Sequence record: MF158044
DNA length: 64,000 bases
Direction: 5' to 3' (one strand)
Source: Shigella phage Sf18
The notes beneath the pieces were generated by a model. That model was given only the letters and a program-made list of their open reading frames with translations. It made no database searches and was not told the DNA's origin. Made by a program: the position numbers and the translations under genes. Positions 38,586-47,204 of the stretch are shown here, piece after piece (position 1 is the first letter of the stretch; each line of letters begins with the position of its first letter).

Positions 38586-40958
38586 ATGCGCATGGTAAAT
38601 GACCACGCAACGGTAATTAAAAGCTCAAGTACACTGGAAACCTCTCAGGCTCAGATTAAGATGACACCTGAAATGTTCAGTCTTCTAAGCTCAGGTGTTT
38701 ACACATATAAAGAACGTGCTGTAATTCGTGAATTGTCATGTAACGCAGTAGATGCTCACATTGATTCTGGTAACGTTGATAAACCTTTCTTGGTTCACTT
38801 ACCAACTCGTTTCGAGCCATTCTTTGAAGTTCGTGACTTTGGTACAGGGCTGACTCATGATAAAGTTATGAAACTTTACATGACCTATGGAGAATCTACA
38901 AAGAACGATTCAAACGACTACATTGGTGCTATGGGTATCGGTTCAAAGTCACCTTTTGCAATTGCTCAGTCATTCACTGTATCAAGCTATGTTGATGGTG
39001 TAGTTAACAAATACTCAGTTTACCTTGAGAATGGCATCCCTCAAGTAACTAAGTTGACTACTAACCCAACTACAGAGCCAAATGGTTTAGCTGTTCGAGT
39101 AGCGGTATCCGATAACCGTATCAACAAGTTTCATGAAGAAGCGAGCAATGTATACTCGTACTTTAAAGTTAAGCCAGAGTGTAATGTTGAGTACTATGAC
39201 ATTCTTGAAGCAATGACTTCCATTTCTCGTGAAGATGGTGTCTATGATGCAATGAAGTACAAAGAGAACTGGCGTTCAAATAGTAACAGTGTCCATTTCA
39301 ATGTAATCATGGGTAATATTGCTTATCCTGTTGAAATGGGTGAGTTGCTTGGTTCAGAGTTTACAAGCATTCTGCCTCAGTTCTTCCGTAGTGCTGTAGA
39401 CCTTGTTAACATCTACATGCCAATTGGTTCAGTGGCTATTGCTGCATCTCGTGAAGCATTGCAGATGAATGAGACCACTAAGACCAAGATTGTTGAAGCT
39501 GTGAAGAAAATCACTAAGACAATCGTAGAAGATGTGGTAAAAGAGATTGCTAACAAGCCAACTCTGATTGATGCTGCTCAAGCCTATGATACCATGAGGA
39601 AGGAGGCTCGTGAAATCTTTATTCACGTCCAAGATTCTCTGGAATGGCAAGGCCAGAACTTGAAAAAGCTTGAACAAAAACTGTTAGGTATCCGTCGTGG
39701 TCAGTTAACTGAAGCAGATGGTTCTCCATCATTCTTGAAAGATGATGCAGGTAACTTGAGGCTTGACAAAGATGGTAATCCAGTTCCTAATATTGGTAAT
39801 CTGTATGAACCTGTAGCATACTACAAGTACAGCAGTCTGGAGAACCGTATTCGAGCAACTTCAGCAACTTATTCACAAGATTCAGCAATGTTTAGTATCT
39901 TTGGTGCAATGAGTAAAGATAAGTTGAGCAACTATTTGTTCCTTATCAATGACCGTCGAAACAAGAACGGGTCTGAGAAGACAACTGGTAAAAACCAGAT
40001 TATCCGTGGAGCTTGCCGTGACCGTGAACAGGAAGACTCTAACTTCCGTCGCTACAACGGTATTGCTTTCTTGTTCAGCAGTCAGCAGCAATTCGATGAG
40101 TTTGTAGATTTGCATATGCTTGACAAGAGTCTGTTAAGTGTGCATACAATGTCATCTAAAGAGCACCACTATGAGAAACGTACTATTGTACGTGGTGTTG
40201 TAAAACTGTATAAAGCATTTATATGTCCAAATACCGACATAATTCGCTATACAGAGGTTAAAGAGAACTTTGATGAGATTGAAGAACCACAACTGTATAT
40301 CAAAGCACAGAGTGATGAAGTGATTGGTGGAATCTTCTCATGTTCACCAGAACGTGCTGCAACGTTGATGACAGAGTTAACTGGACAGTCAGTTTATGTC
40401 TTCCGTAAAGCCAACTGGAAAAAGATTCCTGAAGATTGGACAGAAGTCAATGAACAAGTATTGAAAGATTTTATTGATGCCACACATTGGATTGAGTATC
40501 ATCGTTTCTTGACTCACCAGTATATGACAAATAATCACGATATCACTGATTGTAATGTTATTTCTCGAAACTTTACGTTTGCTGATAAGCGTAAGTCCAG
40601 AGGCCACATTTACAGTAAAGATTTTAAGAAGACTATTTTCTTAGAAGGGAATGAAGAAGCTATAGAAGCAATGTTTGGACGCTTGGCATACACTGCTGCA
40701 CCAGTTGCTTACAAAGATATTACCAGCACTCTTGATACCATTCGTAGGAATATGAGAGGTTCTTGTAAGCCAAGAAAGGTTCTGGATAACGCTAAGAAGC
40801 GTCTTGAAAGCAAGTTCAAAGATTACTTTGAGAAACGCCGTAAAGAAAACTTCTTGCTTTCTAATCTGGATTGGAATAAAGTATCACCAGTCGAAGTTGG
40901 TAAGTTCTTAGGTTTTGATACTAAGAGCATTCCAGAAGACACTGTATGCTGGGATTAA
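38586..40958 (+). CDS. rIIA: rIIA-like protein
   Basis: 790 aa; N-terminal GHKL/Hsp90-like ATPase signature (RELSCNAVDAH...DFGTGL...GIGSKSPF); size and pairing with downstream gene as in rIIA/rIIB. Confidence 0.6.
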   Translation: MRMVNDHATVIKSSSTLETSQAQIKMTPEMFSLLSSGVYTYKERAVIRELSCNAVDAHIDSGNVDKPFLVHLPTRFEPFFEVRDFGTGLTHDKVMKLYMTYGESTKNDSNDYIGAMGIGSKSPFAIAQSFTVSSYVDGVVNKYSVYLENGIPQVTKLTTNPTTEPNGLAVRVAVSDNRINKFHEEASNVYSYFKVKPECNVEYYDILEAMTSISREDGVYDAMKYKENWRSNSNSVHFNVIMGNIAYPVEMGELLGSEFTSILPQFFRSAVDLVNIYMPIGSVAIAASREALQMNETTKTKIVEAVKKITKTIVEDVVKEIANKPTLIDAAQAYDTMRKEAREIFIHVQDSLEWQGQNLKKLEQKLLGIRRGQLTEADGSPSFLKDDAGNLRLDKDGNPVPNIGNLYEPVAYYKYSSLENRIRATSATYSQDSAMFSIFGAMSKDKLSNYLFLINDRRNKNGSEKTTGKNQIIRGACRDREQEDSNFRRYNGIAFLFSSQQQFDEFVDLHMLDKSLLSVHTMSSKEHHYEKRTIVRGVVKLYKAFICPNTDIIRYTEVKENFDEIEEPQLYIKAQSDEVIGGIFSCSPERAATLMTELTGQSVYVFRKANWKKIPEDWTEVNEQVLKDFIDATHWIEYHRFLTHQYMTNNHDITDCNVISRNFTFADKRKSRGHIYSKDFKKTIFLEGNEEAIEAMFGRLAYTAAPVAYKDITSTLDTIRRNMRGSCKPRKVLDNAKKRLESKFKDYFEKRRKENFLLSNLDWNKVSPVEVGKFLGFDTKSIPEDTVCWD

Positions 40959-40965
40959 AAATAGT

Positions 40966-40994
40966 TTGACAGGGGCTGAAAAGCCCCTTAGAAT
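40966..40994 (+). promoter_or_regulatory. sigma70-like promoter with hairpin in spacer
   Basis: TTGACA, 17-nt spacer GGGGCTGAAAAGCCCCT (perfect GAAA-loop hairpin), TAGAAT; 44 nt upstream of the rIIB-like start. Confidence 0.45.
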
Positions 40995-41037
40995 ACGAAC
41001 CACTAAGTAATTTTAAACAACAAAGAGAGATATTGAA

Positions 41038-42159
41038 ATGACTACTAAGACTAAAGCACAAATCGACGCAGAAATCTATGCACTGGTTAAAGAAGGTAAA
41101 CTGACCAAAACTGCAATTGCTCTGAAGTATAACACTTCAACCCGTTCAGTAGGTCGTGCTGTAGAGCGTCATGAAGCAACACTGCTGTCAGGGAAAACCA
41201 AAGCAAAACCTGCAAAGACTCTGAAAGATATTGCAAAGAATGCTAAGAAAGCTAAAGCGACCAAGAAAGTATCTAAGCAGAAACCTGTTGCAAAAGCTGT
41301 TAAAGAAGCAGTCAAAGCAGAGCCTGTAAATGCTCTGCATGAAGCAATGCAGAATAACAGCCAGATTGAATACATGATTACTGGTGATTCTGTTATCATG
41401 ACTTTCGGTGCAGAGTCTGAGATTGTTGAGTCAACTCATCCTAACTACACTGATATTGTAATGGCTGTTGTTTCAGGTGAGTACAAGAAAGCTTTTGAAC
41501 TGATGAACATTCGCAAGTCTATTGAGAACTTCACTCAAGGTGCTGTAACCATCAAAGGTGACAACCTGTATTACGGTGCTGTTCAGATGCGCTCAACTCT
41601 GGTAGACCGTATTCTGGATATGATGAAGAAAGGTGATAATGGTTTTGTTCGACTGATTGAATTCTTTGAAAAACTGATGGAAAACCCATCAAAAGATTCT
41701 GTAGAACAACTTTGGGGCTTTGTATCACACCTTGATGTTGAAATTGATGAAGAAGGTTATATCATCGGCTGGAAGAAAGTCACAACTCGTGGTGGTAAAC
41801 TGTTTGACTCTCGTACCTGCAAAGTTCCAAATGATTTGGGTAACATTGTAGAGATGCCACGTTGGATGGTTGATAATAACCGTCATGTAACCTGCTCTCA
41901 GGGTCTGCACGTTGGTGCTTGGGATTATGTAACTAGCTTCTCTGGTGACACTATCCTGAAAGTTCGTGTTCATCCTCGTGATGTTGTTTCAGTACCAACT
42001 GACTACAACGACATGAAAATGCGAGCTTCCCGCTATGAAGTTGCAGCGATTGTAAATAGTCGCCGTGAAGTCATCAAAGAGTGGGATGGTTCAGAAGCAC
42101 TCCACGTAGTTGTAGGTACTGCTGGTGAACTGATTTCTCAGCGTAAACGTGAAGTTTAA
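41038..42159 (+). CDS. rIIB: rIIB-like protein
   Basis: 373 aa; call rests on position immediately downstream of rIIA-like gene and size; no independent motif. Confidence 0.4.
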   Translation: MTTKTKAQIDAEIYALVKEGKLTKTAIALKYNTSTRSVGRAVERHEATLLSGKTKAKPAKTLKDIAKNAKKAKATKKVSKQKPVAKAVKEAVKAEPVNALHEAMQNNSQIEYMITGDSVIMTFGAESEIVESTHPNYTDIVMAVVSGEYKKAFELMNIRKSIENFTQGAVTIKGDNLYYGAVQMRSTLVDRILDMMKKGDNGFVRLIEFFEKLMENPSKDSVEQLWGFVSHLDVEIDEEGYIIGWKKVTTRGGKLFDSRTCKVPNDLGNIVEMPRWMVDNNRHVTCSQGLHVGAWDYVTSFSGDTILKVRVHPRDVVSVPTDYNDMKMRASRYEVAAIVNSRREVIKEWDGSEALHVVVGTAGELISQRKREV

Positions 42160-42176
42160 TAAGTAAATTCCTAAAG

Positions 42177-42199
42177 GGGCTGCTTCGGCAGCCTTTTTT
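42177..42199 (+). terminator. intrinsic terminator
   Basis: GGCTGC-TTCG-GCAGCC hairpin followed by TTTTTT. Confidence 0.55.
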
Positions 42200-42260
42200 A
42201 TTTGAAAAATGTGCAGGTTAGTGTATAATTGTCTGCATGTTTAACAAAATAGGAGTGCAA

Positions 42261-42809
42261 ATGAAGAAATTTGTTTTAGGTTTGTGCTTATTCTTTACAG
42301 CACATTTAGCTACAGCATCTGACTGTCCAGAGCTTACAATCAGCCAGAAAGTTAATATGTTAAAAGCATATAACTATGGCGAAGGGCAGATGGGAAAAGG
42401 TTGGGGAATCCCTTTAGCAGCTATAGCCTTACAAGAGTCACAATTAGGTGTCATGTTAGAAAATAAAAAGACTCATGATTATGGTGTTTTCCAGAATCAC
42501 TTGAAGACTGTTGTAAAGCGTAACAAGGTATCTCCAAAGGTTGCTAAGAAGAAGCTAGTAAGTGACTTCCATTACTCAGCGAAAGAGGCTCATAAAGAGC
42601 TATTATTCTGGACTAAGGTTCATGGCAACCCAGATGGAAAGTACTCTATGAAGCGTGTCCTAGCTTCTTATAATGCTGGTTACAAATACAAGATTCCAAA
42701 GGCTAGACAATACTCTCAAGATGTGTACAATAACATGAAACTGCTTGCTCAATGTGAGTTTGCAACAAACATTAAAAAGGTAAAATATGAGCGAATCAAA
42801 ACAATTTGA
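42261..42809 (+). CDS. secreted lytic transglycosylase-like protein (GH23/SLT-like)
   Basis: Start at Met after AGGAG; signal peptide MKKFVLGLCLFFTAHLATA; E-S motif (ALQESQLG), G-x-x-Q (YGVFQ) and YNAG (LASYNAGY). Confidence 0.5.
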   Translation: MKKFVLGLCLFFTAHLATASDCPELTISQKVNMLKAYNYGEGQMGKGWGIPLAAIALQESQLGVMLENKKTHDYGVFQNHLKTVVKRNKVSPKVAKKKLVSDFHYSAKEAHKELLFWTKVHGNPDGKYSMKRVLASYNAGYKYKIPKARQYSQDVYNNMKLLAQCEFATNIKKVKYERIKTI

Positions 42810-43482
42810 CATGGTTCTGTGTCATGCTTATGATATTAAGCCACTTGATTTAGATATCAGTTCTGCAAGTTGGTCAGATATTACTAAAGCTGACTTTGCA
42901 GATACAGCAAGAAATGTTGTATGTAGTTTTGAAGACTTTCATTCAACAAAGACACAGGTTCCTTGTCAGGATTTGCTAACAGGTAAAACTGTGTATGTTG
43001 GTCGTAACAGCCTTATCTTGGTTGCAAAGAACTTGGAAGAAAAACGTAAAATGGTCTTAGCAGACATTGACGGTGTTCTTACAAGCTTTAATAAGGAGCT
43101 TAATGCAACTCTGCTAACTGATGGTACTTACTCACAGTACACTGATTTGGTAGAATCTTGCAGAGCTAAACCAACATATGTTTTTAACATTCTGTGTGGT
43201 ATATCAAGAAATGCTGATATAGGATTCTTAACTGCTCGTGGTGAATCACAAAGAGTTGTCACACATCTTTTCCTGAATGAGAATGTAGACAGTGATTTCC
43301 TACTGTTTATGCGTGGATTTGGTGACAATGAGATTAGTGCAGAAAGTTTGAAAGTTCGTATGCTTCAGTCTTGCATTCTACCTTACTATGATGTAGTATG
43401 CTTTATAGAAGATACAGTGAAGAACGTGGCAAAGGTAGAAAGAATCTTACCACACATCAAAACAATGCTTGTTAAAAACTGA
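42787..43482 (+). CDS. hypothetical protein, possible HAD-family phosphatase
   Basis: 231 aa; motif VLADIDGVLT resembles HAD motif I (DxDG[TV]); otherwise unassigned. Confidence 0.3.
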   Translation: MSESKQFDMVLCHAYDIKPLDLDISSASWSDITKADFADTARNVVCSFEDFHSTKTQVPCQDLLTGKTVYVGRNSLILVAKNLEEKRKMVLADIDGVLTSFNKELNATLLTDGTYSQYTDLVESCRAKPTYVFNILCGISRNADIGFLTARGESQRVVTHLFLNENVDSDFLLFMRGFGDNEISAESLKVRMLQSCILPYYDVVCFIEDTVKNVAKVERILPHIKTMLVKN

Positions 43483-43493
43483 GAGAGTAAACC

Positions 43494-43958
43494 ATGCAAA
43501 ACATTATTACAGTAGCTATCGATGCTTCCGGTAACAAATCACAGGTAGTTCGTGAGATTATCAAGAGTAATTTCGATGGTAAAATCTTTCGTGCAGTAAA
43601 CGTGAAAGCTGATGGTAACATTCGTGAGTATCGTGCAATGTTGAATGTCACAAAACACGTTAAGGGTGTCGGTTCAACTACTGCTCATAAAGAAAATCTG
43701 ATGACTATCTATGATATGGGTATGGCTTCAGAGTTAGGTGCAAAAGGGATTGTACAATCCGGTGCTCCTTACCGTTCTTTCAATCTGGAAACTGCTCTTA
43801 TGCTTTCCTTTACAAGTGGTTCTCAAACTACCACTTACCTCTTCACAGATACTGCAACGGTTTCTGCGATTAAGGACAATACCATTAAGGCTGGCGTAGC
43901 TGCCGCTTCAAAAGCCTCAACAATGGCAGCAAATGTCCTTGCGAAAGTTCTTGGTTAA
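43494..43958 (+). CDS. hypothetical protein
   Basis: 154-aa ORF, SD GAGAG. Confidence 0.4.
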   Translation: MQNIITVAIDASGNKSQVVREIIKSNFDGKIFRAVNVKADGNIREYRAMLNVTKHVKGVGSTTAHKENLMTIYDMGMASELGAKGIVQSGAPYRSFNLETALMLSFTSGSQTTTYLFTDTATVSAIKDNTIKAGVAAASKASTMAANVLAKVLG

Positions 43959-43969
43959 AGTTATTATAG

Positions 43970-43992
43970 AGGCTCCTTCGGGAGCCTTTTTC
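43970..43992 (+). terminator. intrinsic terminator
   Basis: AGGCTCC-TTCG-GGAGCCT hairpin followed by TTTTT. Confidence 0.55.
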
Positions 43993-44010
43993 ATTTCTAG
44001 GAGAAGTTAA

Positions 44011-44358
44011 ATGACGTTTAAAGAATTTTGTCAAGCAGCTTTTGCAATCATTTTCTTAACAGGTGTTGGTGCTTGGGGAGGCTACACTTACAAGACCAGC
44101 CAAGTTAATGAAAAGGAGTTAACTAACCAGAGACTTGTGAGTGTTGCTAAAGATGCTTATCAAGAGGGTTTATCAAATCTTAGCTCCAATTACAAAAATG
44201 ATTTGAAAGATGTGCTTGCTAAAAACAAACACACCAAAGAGGTATTGAACTATGAAAAAACTAAGACAGTCTTTATTAATGATTGTGCTACTGAGCCTTA
44301 TGTCAGGGTGTTCAACGAACAAAGTGAACAGTACCTTCAAAAACTCCCAAGTAAGTGA
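44011..44358 (+). CDS. type II membrane protein, candidate i-spanin
   Basis: 115 aa; single N-terminal TM (AAFAIIFLTGVGAWGG) then polar, partly helical domain; overlapped at 3' end by a lipoprotein ORF in another frame. Confidence 0.35.
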   Translation: MTFKEFCQAAFAIIFLTGVGAWGGYTYKTSQVNEKELTNQRLVSVAKDAYQEGLSNLSSNYKNDLKDVLAKNKHTKEVLNYEKTKTVFINDCATEPYVRVFNEQSEQYLQKLPSK

Positions 44359-44518
44359 GAGTGACAAGTACACTCAAGAAGAAGCACGGTATGAGGTTAA
44401 AGGTACTAAAGGTGAAGACCTTGCAAGTGCTCTTGAGTTTTATCGTGATGGTTACTATGAATGTACTATTAAGGCAAACAATTTAATTGATATGATTTTG
44501 TTAGGGAATAAGCAGTAA
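44252..44518 (+). CDS. lipoprotein, candidate o-spanin
   Basis: 88 aa; signal peptide with lipobox LMSGC; own SD AGAGG; overlaps preceding ORF by 107 nt out of frame. Confidence 0.35.
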   Translation: MKKLRQSLLMIVLLSLMSGCSTNKVNSTFKNSQVSESDKYTQEEARYEVKGTKGEDLASALEFYRDGYYECTIKANNLIDMILLGNKQ

Positions 44519-44787
44519 TGACAGAGAAGAATGAAACATTTTTTGTGGAAGGTTATCTTCTGTTACCAAGACCAAGTAACACTTACATGAGATTTGACAT
44601 TATGCCAACGGTTATGGATGATGTAACTTGTCACATCTTTATGCAGGGTGTTTCTGCACAACTTAAACATGTTGGAAGAGATTGCAAAATACGTGTTGAC
44701 AACCATCCTGAAATCAACGAGAATCACTACACATGGTTCGGGGAAGATTCTAAAGAAATCTATGCAGTCCTTAAAACGAGGAAGTGA
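44518..44787 (+). CDS. hypothetical protein
   Basis: 89-aa ORF. Confidence 0.35.
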   Translation: MTEKNETFFVEGYLLLPRPSNTYMRFDIMPTVMDDVTCHIFMQGVSAQLKHVGRDCKIRVDNHPEINENHYTWFGEDSKEIYAVLKTRK

Positions 44788-44796
44788 GGTTTAGTG

Positions 44797-45123
44797 ATGC
44801 AACTAGATGGTAAGAATTATGTAGCCGTCTTTTCAGACGGTGAGAAAGAAATTGGTACAGCACAAGTCTGTCACAGTGGTAAAGAGTTTCTCTATGGGGT
44901 TGTTGCATTCATTGGTACTCGTGGAGATATGAAATCTTTTAAAGATTGTGTTGACAAGCTTGAAGAATCCATAGAGAATCATTGGTGTCTGATATGGCTT
45001 AATGCAGAGAATGTTAAAGAACGCTATGCAAAAGTTGGTATCCATATTGAAAGCATCGAACATGTTGACCTGTTTGAGCTAACTGAAAAGGTGATGTATG
45101 AAAGCAATTCTGGTAAGAAGTAA
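44797..45123 (+). CDS. hypothetical protein
   Basis: Start at ATG after GAGGT SD (track begins at GTG). Confidence 0.35.
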   Translation: MQLDGKNYVAVFSDGEKEIGTAQVCHSGKEFLYGVVAFIGTRGDMKSFKDCVDKLEESIENHWCLIWLNAENVKERYAKVGIHIESIEHVDLFELTEKVMYESNSGKK

Positions 45124-45334
45124 AGTTACACGTCAAGTGTTAGTAGGGGCTATATTTGTTGGACGGGATGAGGTAATACCATTCATGAACCCCTTGATTC
45201 ACTACAACTTCAAGATAGGGGATTTTAAACACTACCTGAATCCTCTGCTTACAAGATTAAGCTTAGAAGAGTTTAAGTGTAATTACTCTTATGAAGGTGA
45301 TACATACTTCCAAGAGGTAATATCAAATGGCTGA
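45098..45334 (+). CDS. hypothetical protein
   Basis: 78-aa ORF. Confidence 0.3.
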   Translation: MKAILVRSKVTRQVLVGAIFVGRDEVIPFMNPLIHYNFKIGDFKHYLNPLLTRLSLEEFKCNYSYEGDTYFQEVISNG

Positions 45335-45527
45335 TTTCTGCACTAAGTGTTCTGTTGAGATGTTTGGAAAAGACACAGGGGACTTAAAAGGCCTCTTTAC
45401 AAAAGCAGAGTTTGAAGCTGGTTCAGCAATGCCAGTAATCTGTGAAGGTTGTGGTGCTTTATGGGTAGACCATGAAGGTAACCGAGTTAAACCATCTGAA
45501 GATAACGAACGTTGGGAGCATTACTAA
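45327..45527 (+). CDS. small zinc-ribbon protein
   Basis: 66 aa with CxxC...CxxC (CTKCS...CEGCG). Confidence 0.35.
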   Translation: MADFCTKCSVEMFGKDTGDLKGLFTKAEFEAGSAMPVICEGCGALWVDHEGNRVKPSEDNERWEHY

Positions 45528-45528
45528 T

Positions 45529-46323
45529 ATGGGTATCGTAAAAATTATTAAAGGTGATATCTTTAAAGACTTTGATGGTAAGAAATTTGATATCATTGGT
45601 CACGGTTGTAACTGCATGAACTTGATGGGTGCAGGTATTGCAGCAACAATTGCTAAACGCTACCCAAAAGCTTATGAAACTGACGCTGAAGTTTATGCTA
45701 CAGTAGGTGGTGAAAATCATAACCCTAAGCATCTAATGCTTGGTAACATCTCTGTAGCACGTTTTAAGCAGGGTCGAATTGCTAACCTTTACACTCAGGT
45801 TATCACTGGCAAAGATGCACGATACAACGCCTTAGAAGCAGCTTTACAGCGTCTTAACAACTACTGTAAAGTTAATCAACTTAAGAAAGTTGGGCTTCCG
45901 ATGATTGGTGCAGGGATTGGTGGTCTTGATAGCATGGCTGTACTGTCCATTATCAACCAGACTATGAAGGATGTTGACGTTTATATGTATGTCTATGAAG
46001 ATAAGATGTACAGTCAGTTGACTAGTCCTGTTACTGGTTGGGAGAACTTCAGTGAGCCTCAATACTTTGATGGTGTTGCTGTGGTAGGCAAGGATAAAGT
46101 TACCCTCAAGGTGAAGCGTAATGGCAAGGTACACACCAGTTACCCTCCGGTTGAGAAGTACAATCGAAGTAACGCTCAAGTTACCCACCCGTTACAAGGT
46201 CACCACCACAGAGCGGTAACGTTTAGCGATGATGCAAGTGTATATATCAATGCGACTACAGAAGAGTTTGCAGAAGATTATATCACACATGAAAACGTAA
46301 ACTATGTTGAAGCACGTAACTAA
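45529..46323 (+). CDS. macro-domain protein (ADP-ribose binding/hydrolase family)
   Basis: Start at Met (MGIVKIIKGDIF); macro signatures GDIF, DIIGHGCNCMNLMGAGIAATI, VGLPMIGAGIGGL; C-terminal 120 aa unassigned. Confidence 0.55.
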   Translation: MGIVKIIKGDIFKDFDGKKFDIIGHGCNCMNLMGAGIAATIAKRYPKAYETDAEVYATVGGENHNPKHLMLGNISVARFKQGRIANLYTQVITGKDARYNALEAALQRLNNYCKVNQLKKVGLPMIGAGIGGLDSMAVLSIINQTMKDVDVYMYVYEDKMYSQLTSPVTGWENFSEPQYFDGVAVVGKDKVTLKVKRNGKVHTSYPPVEKYNRSNAQVTHPLQGHHHRAVTFSDDASVYINATTEEFAEDYITHENVNYVEARN

Positions 46324-46391
46324 TAAGTTACCCAGATAAACATAGACAAGCCCTCCAAAGTTTGAGTTTAAAATCTCAGGTAAGGGGGGCT

Positions 46392-46576
46392 TTTTCATTT
46401 TAAATTTGTGCAGGTATAGTTGCATAGAACTCTGGACAGATTTCTTTAGCTGAACTCCAAAGGGAAAATTCATTTCAAATTTGTGCAGGTTTAGACTCCA
46501 AAGGGATTTTTCATTTTCAATCTGTGCAGATGCAGTTGGACTCCAAAGGGAAAATTCATTTTCAGTTTGTGCAGGT
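46392..46576. repeat. tandem array of four ~42-bp repeats with TTTGTGCAGGT core
   Basis: Units (CTCCAAAGGG)(A/T)TTCATTT(Y)MARTYTGTGCAGRT at about 46392, 46466, 46507, 46552; followed by C-rich tract 46596-46630; related motif upstream of SLT-like gene at 42203-42230. Confidence 0.55.
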
Positions 46577-46749
46577 AGGTAGCTGTAGGAAACCAGCCCC
46601 ACCACCCCCTCTTACTCCCCTTCCTCCCAAAAGTCAAGAGAAAAATTTGTAGAGAACTCAAAAATAATTCTTGACTAGATTCCTGTTTTAGTGTATCCGC
46701 ATACGTGCGTTCTATTCACGAAGCATCGAAAATATTTTTAAAAATTTTG

Positions 46750-46778
46750 TTGACTTCATAAATCCAGTCTTATAGTAT
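46750..46778 (+). promoter_or_regulatory. type-B early promoter (first of array)
   Basis: TTGACT, spacer, TATAGTAT, then ATTTGCATCAACGGGAAACATCCC and conserved leader AACAATCCTAAACTGGAG. Confidence 0.4.
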
Positions 46779-46827
46779 TTGCATCAACGGGAAACATCCC
46801 AACAATCCTAAACTGGAGAATCTAAAA

Positions 46828-47034
46828 ATGTTATATCAACGTGAGTTAATGATTGTTGACAACAACAAAACAAATAAACGTCGTTTCTATATGCTAATTT
46901 GTGATGTTTGGCAACGTATCTCAGAAAAGGATTTTGATGAATATGTTGATACGTCAATCAGGTCTGATTGTTATTTGACAACTCACACAAGGCATTACAC
47001 AAGGCATACAGCCATTTATTACTATAACGTTTAA
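46828..47034 (+). CDS. small hypothetical protein (array gene 1)
   Basis: 68 aa; preceded by conserved leader CCTAAACTGGAGAATCTAAAAATG. Confidence 0.45.
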   Translation: MLYQRELMIVDNNKTNKRRFYMLICDVWQRISEKDFDEYVDTSIRSDCYLTTHTRHYTRHTAIYYYNV

Positions 47035-47045
47035 AAGGCTTGACA

Positions 47046-47204
47046 ATGGTTAAAGAAAACGATGTAATACAATACAAAGATTTAGACGGATACCCAAAAA
47101 TTGGTAAAGTCTTCTATCTCTATAAGTCTGCTATGGGTAATGATTGTATAGCCCTTACAAATGGCGACAAAATAACCATGAAAGATTTTATAAAAATTAA
47201 TTAA
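47046..47204 (+). CDS. small hypothetical protein (below track cut-off)
   Basis: 52-aa ORF found by eye; stop TAA fused to the type-A cassette; weak SD. Confidence 0.25.
   Translation: MVKENDVIQYKDLDGYPKIGKVFYLYKSAMGNDCIALTNGDKITMKDFIKIN

Noticed and set aside
46392-46576. CRISPR array (tandem 42-bp repeats) and CRISPR-like reading of the type-A cassette series
   Set aside because: Repeat units are degenerate and directly abutting with no unique spacers of uniform length; the type-A cassettes are separated by protein-coding genes with conserved ribosome-binding sites, not spacers.
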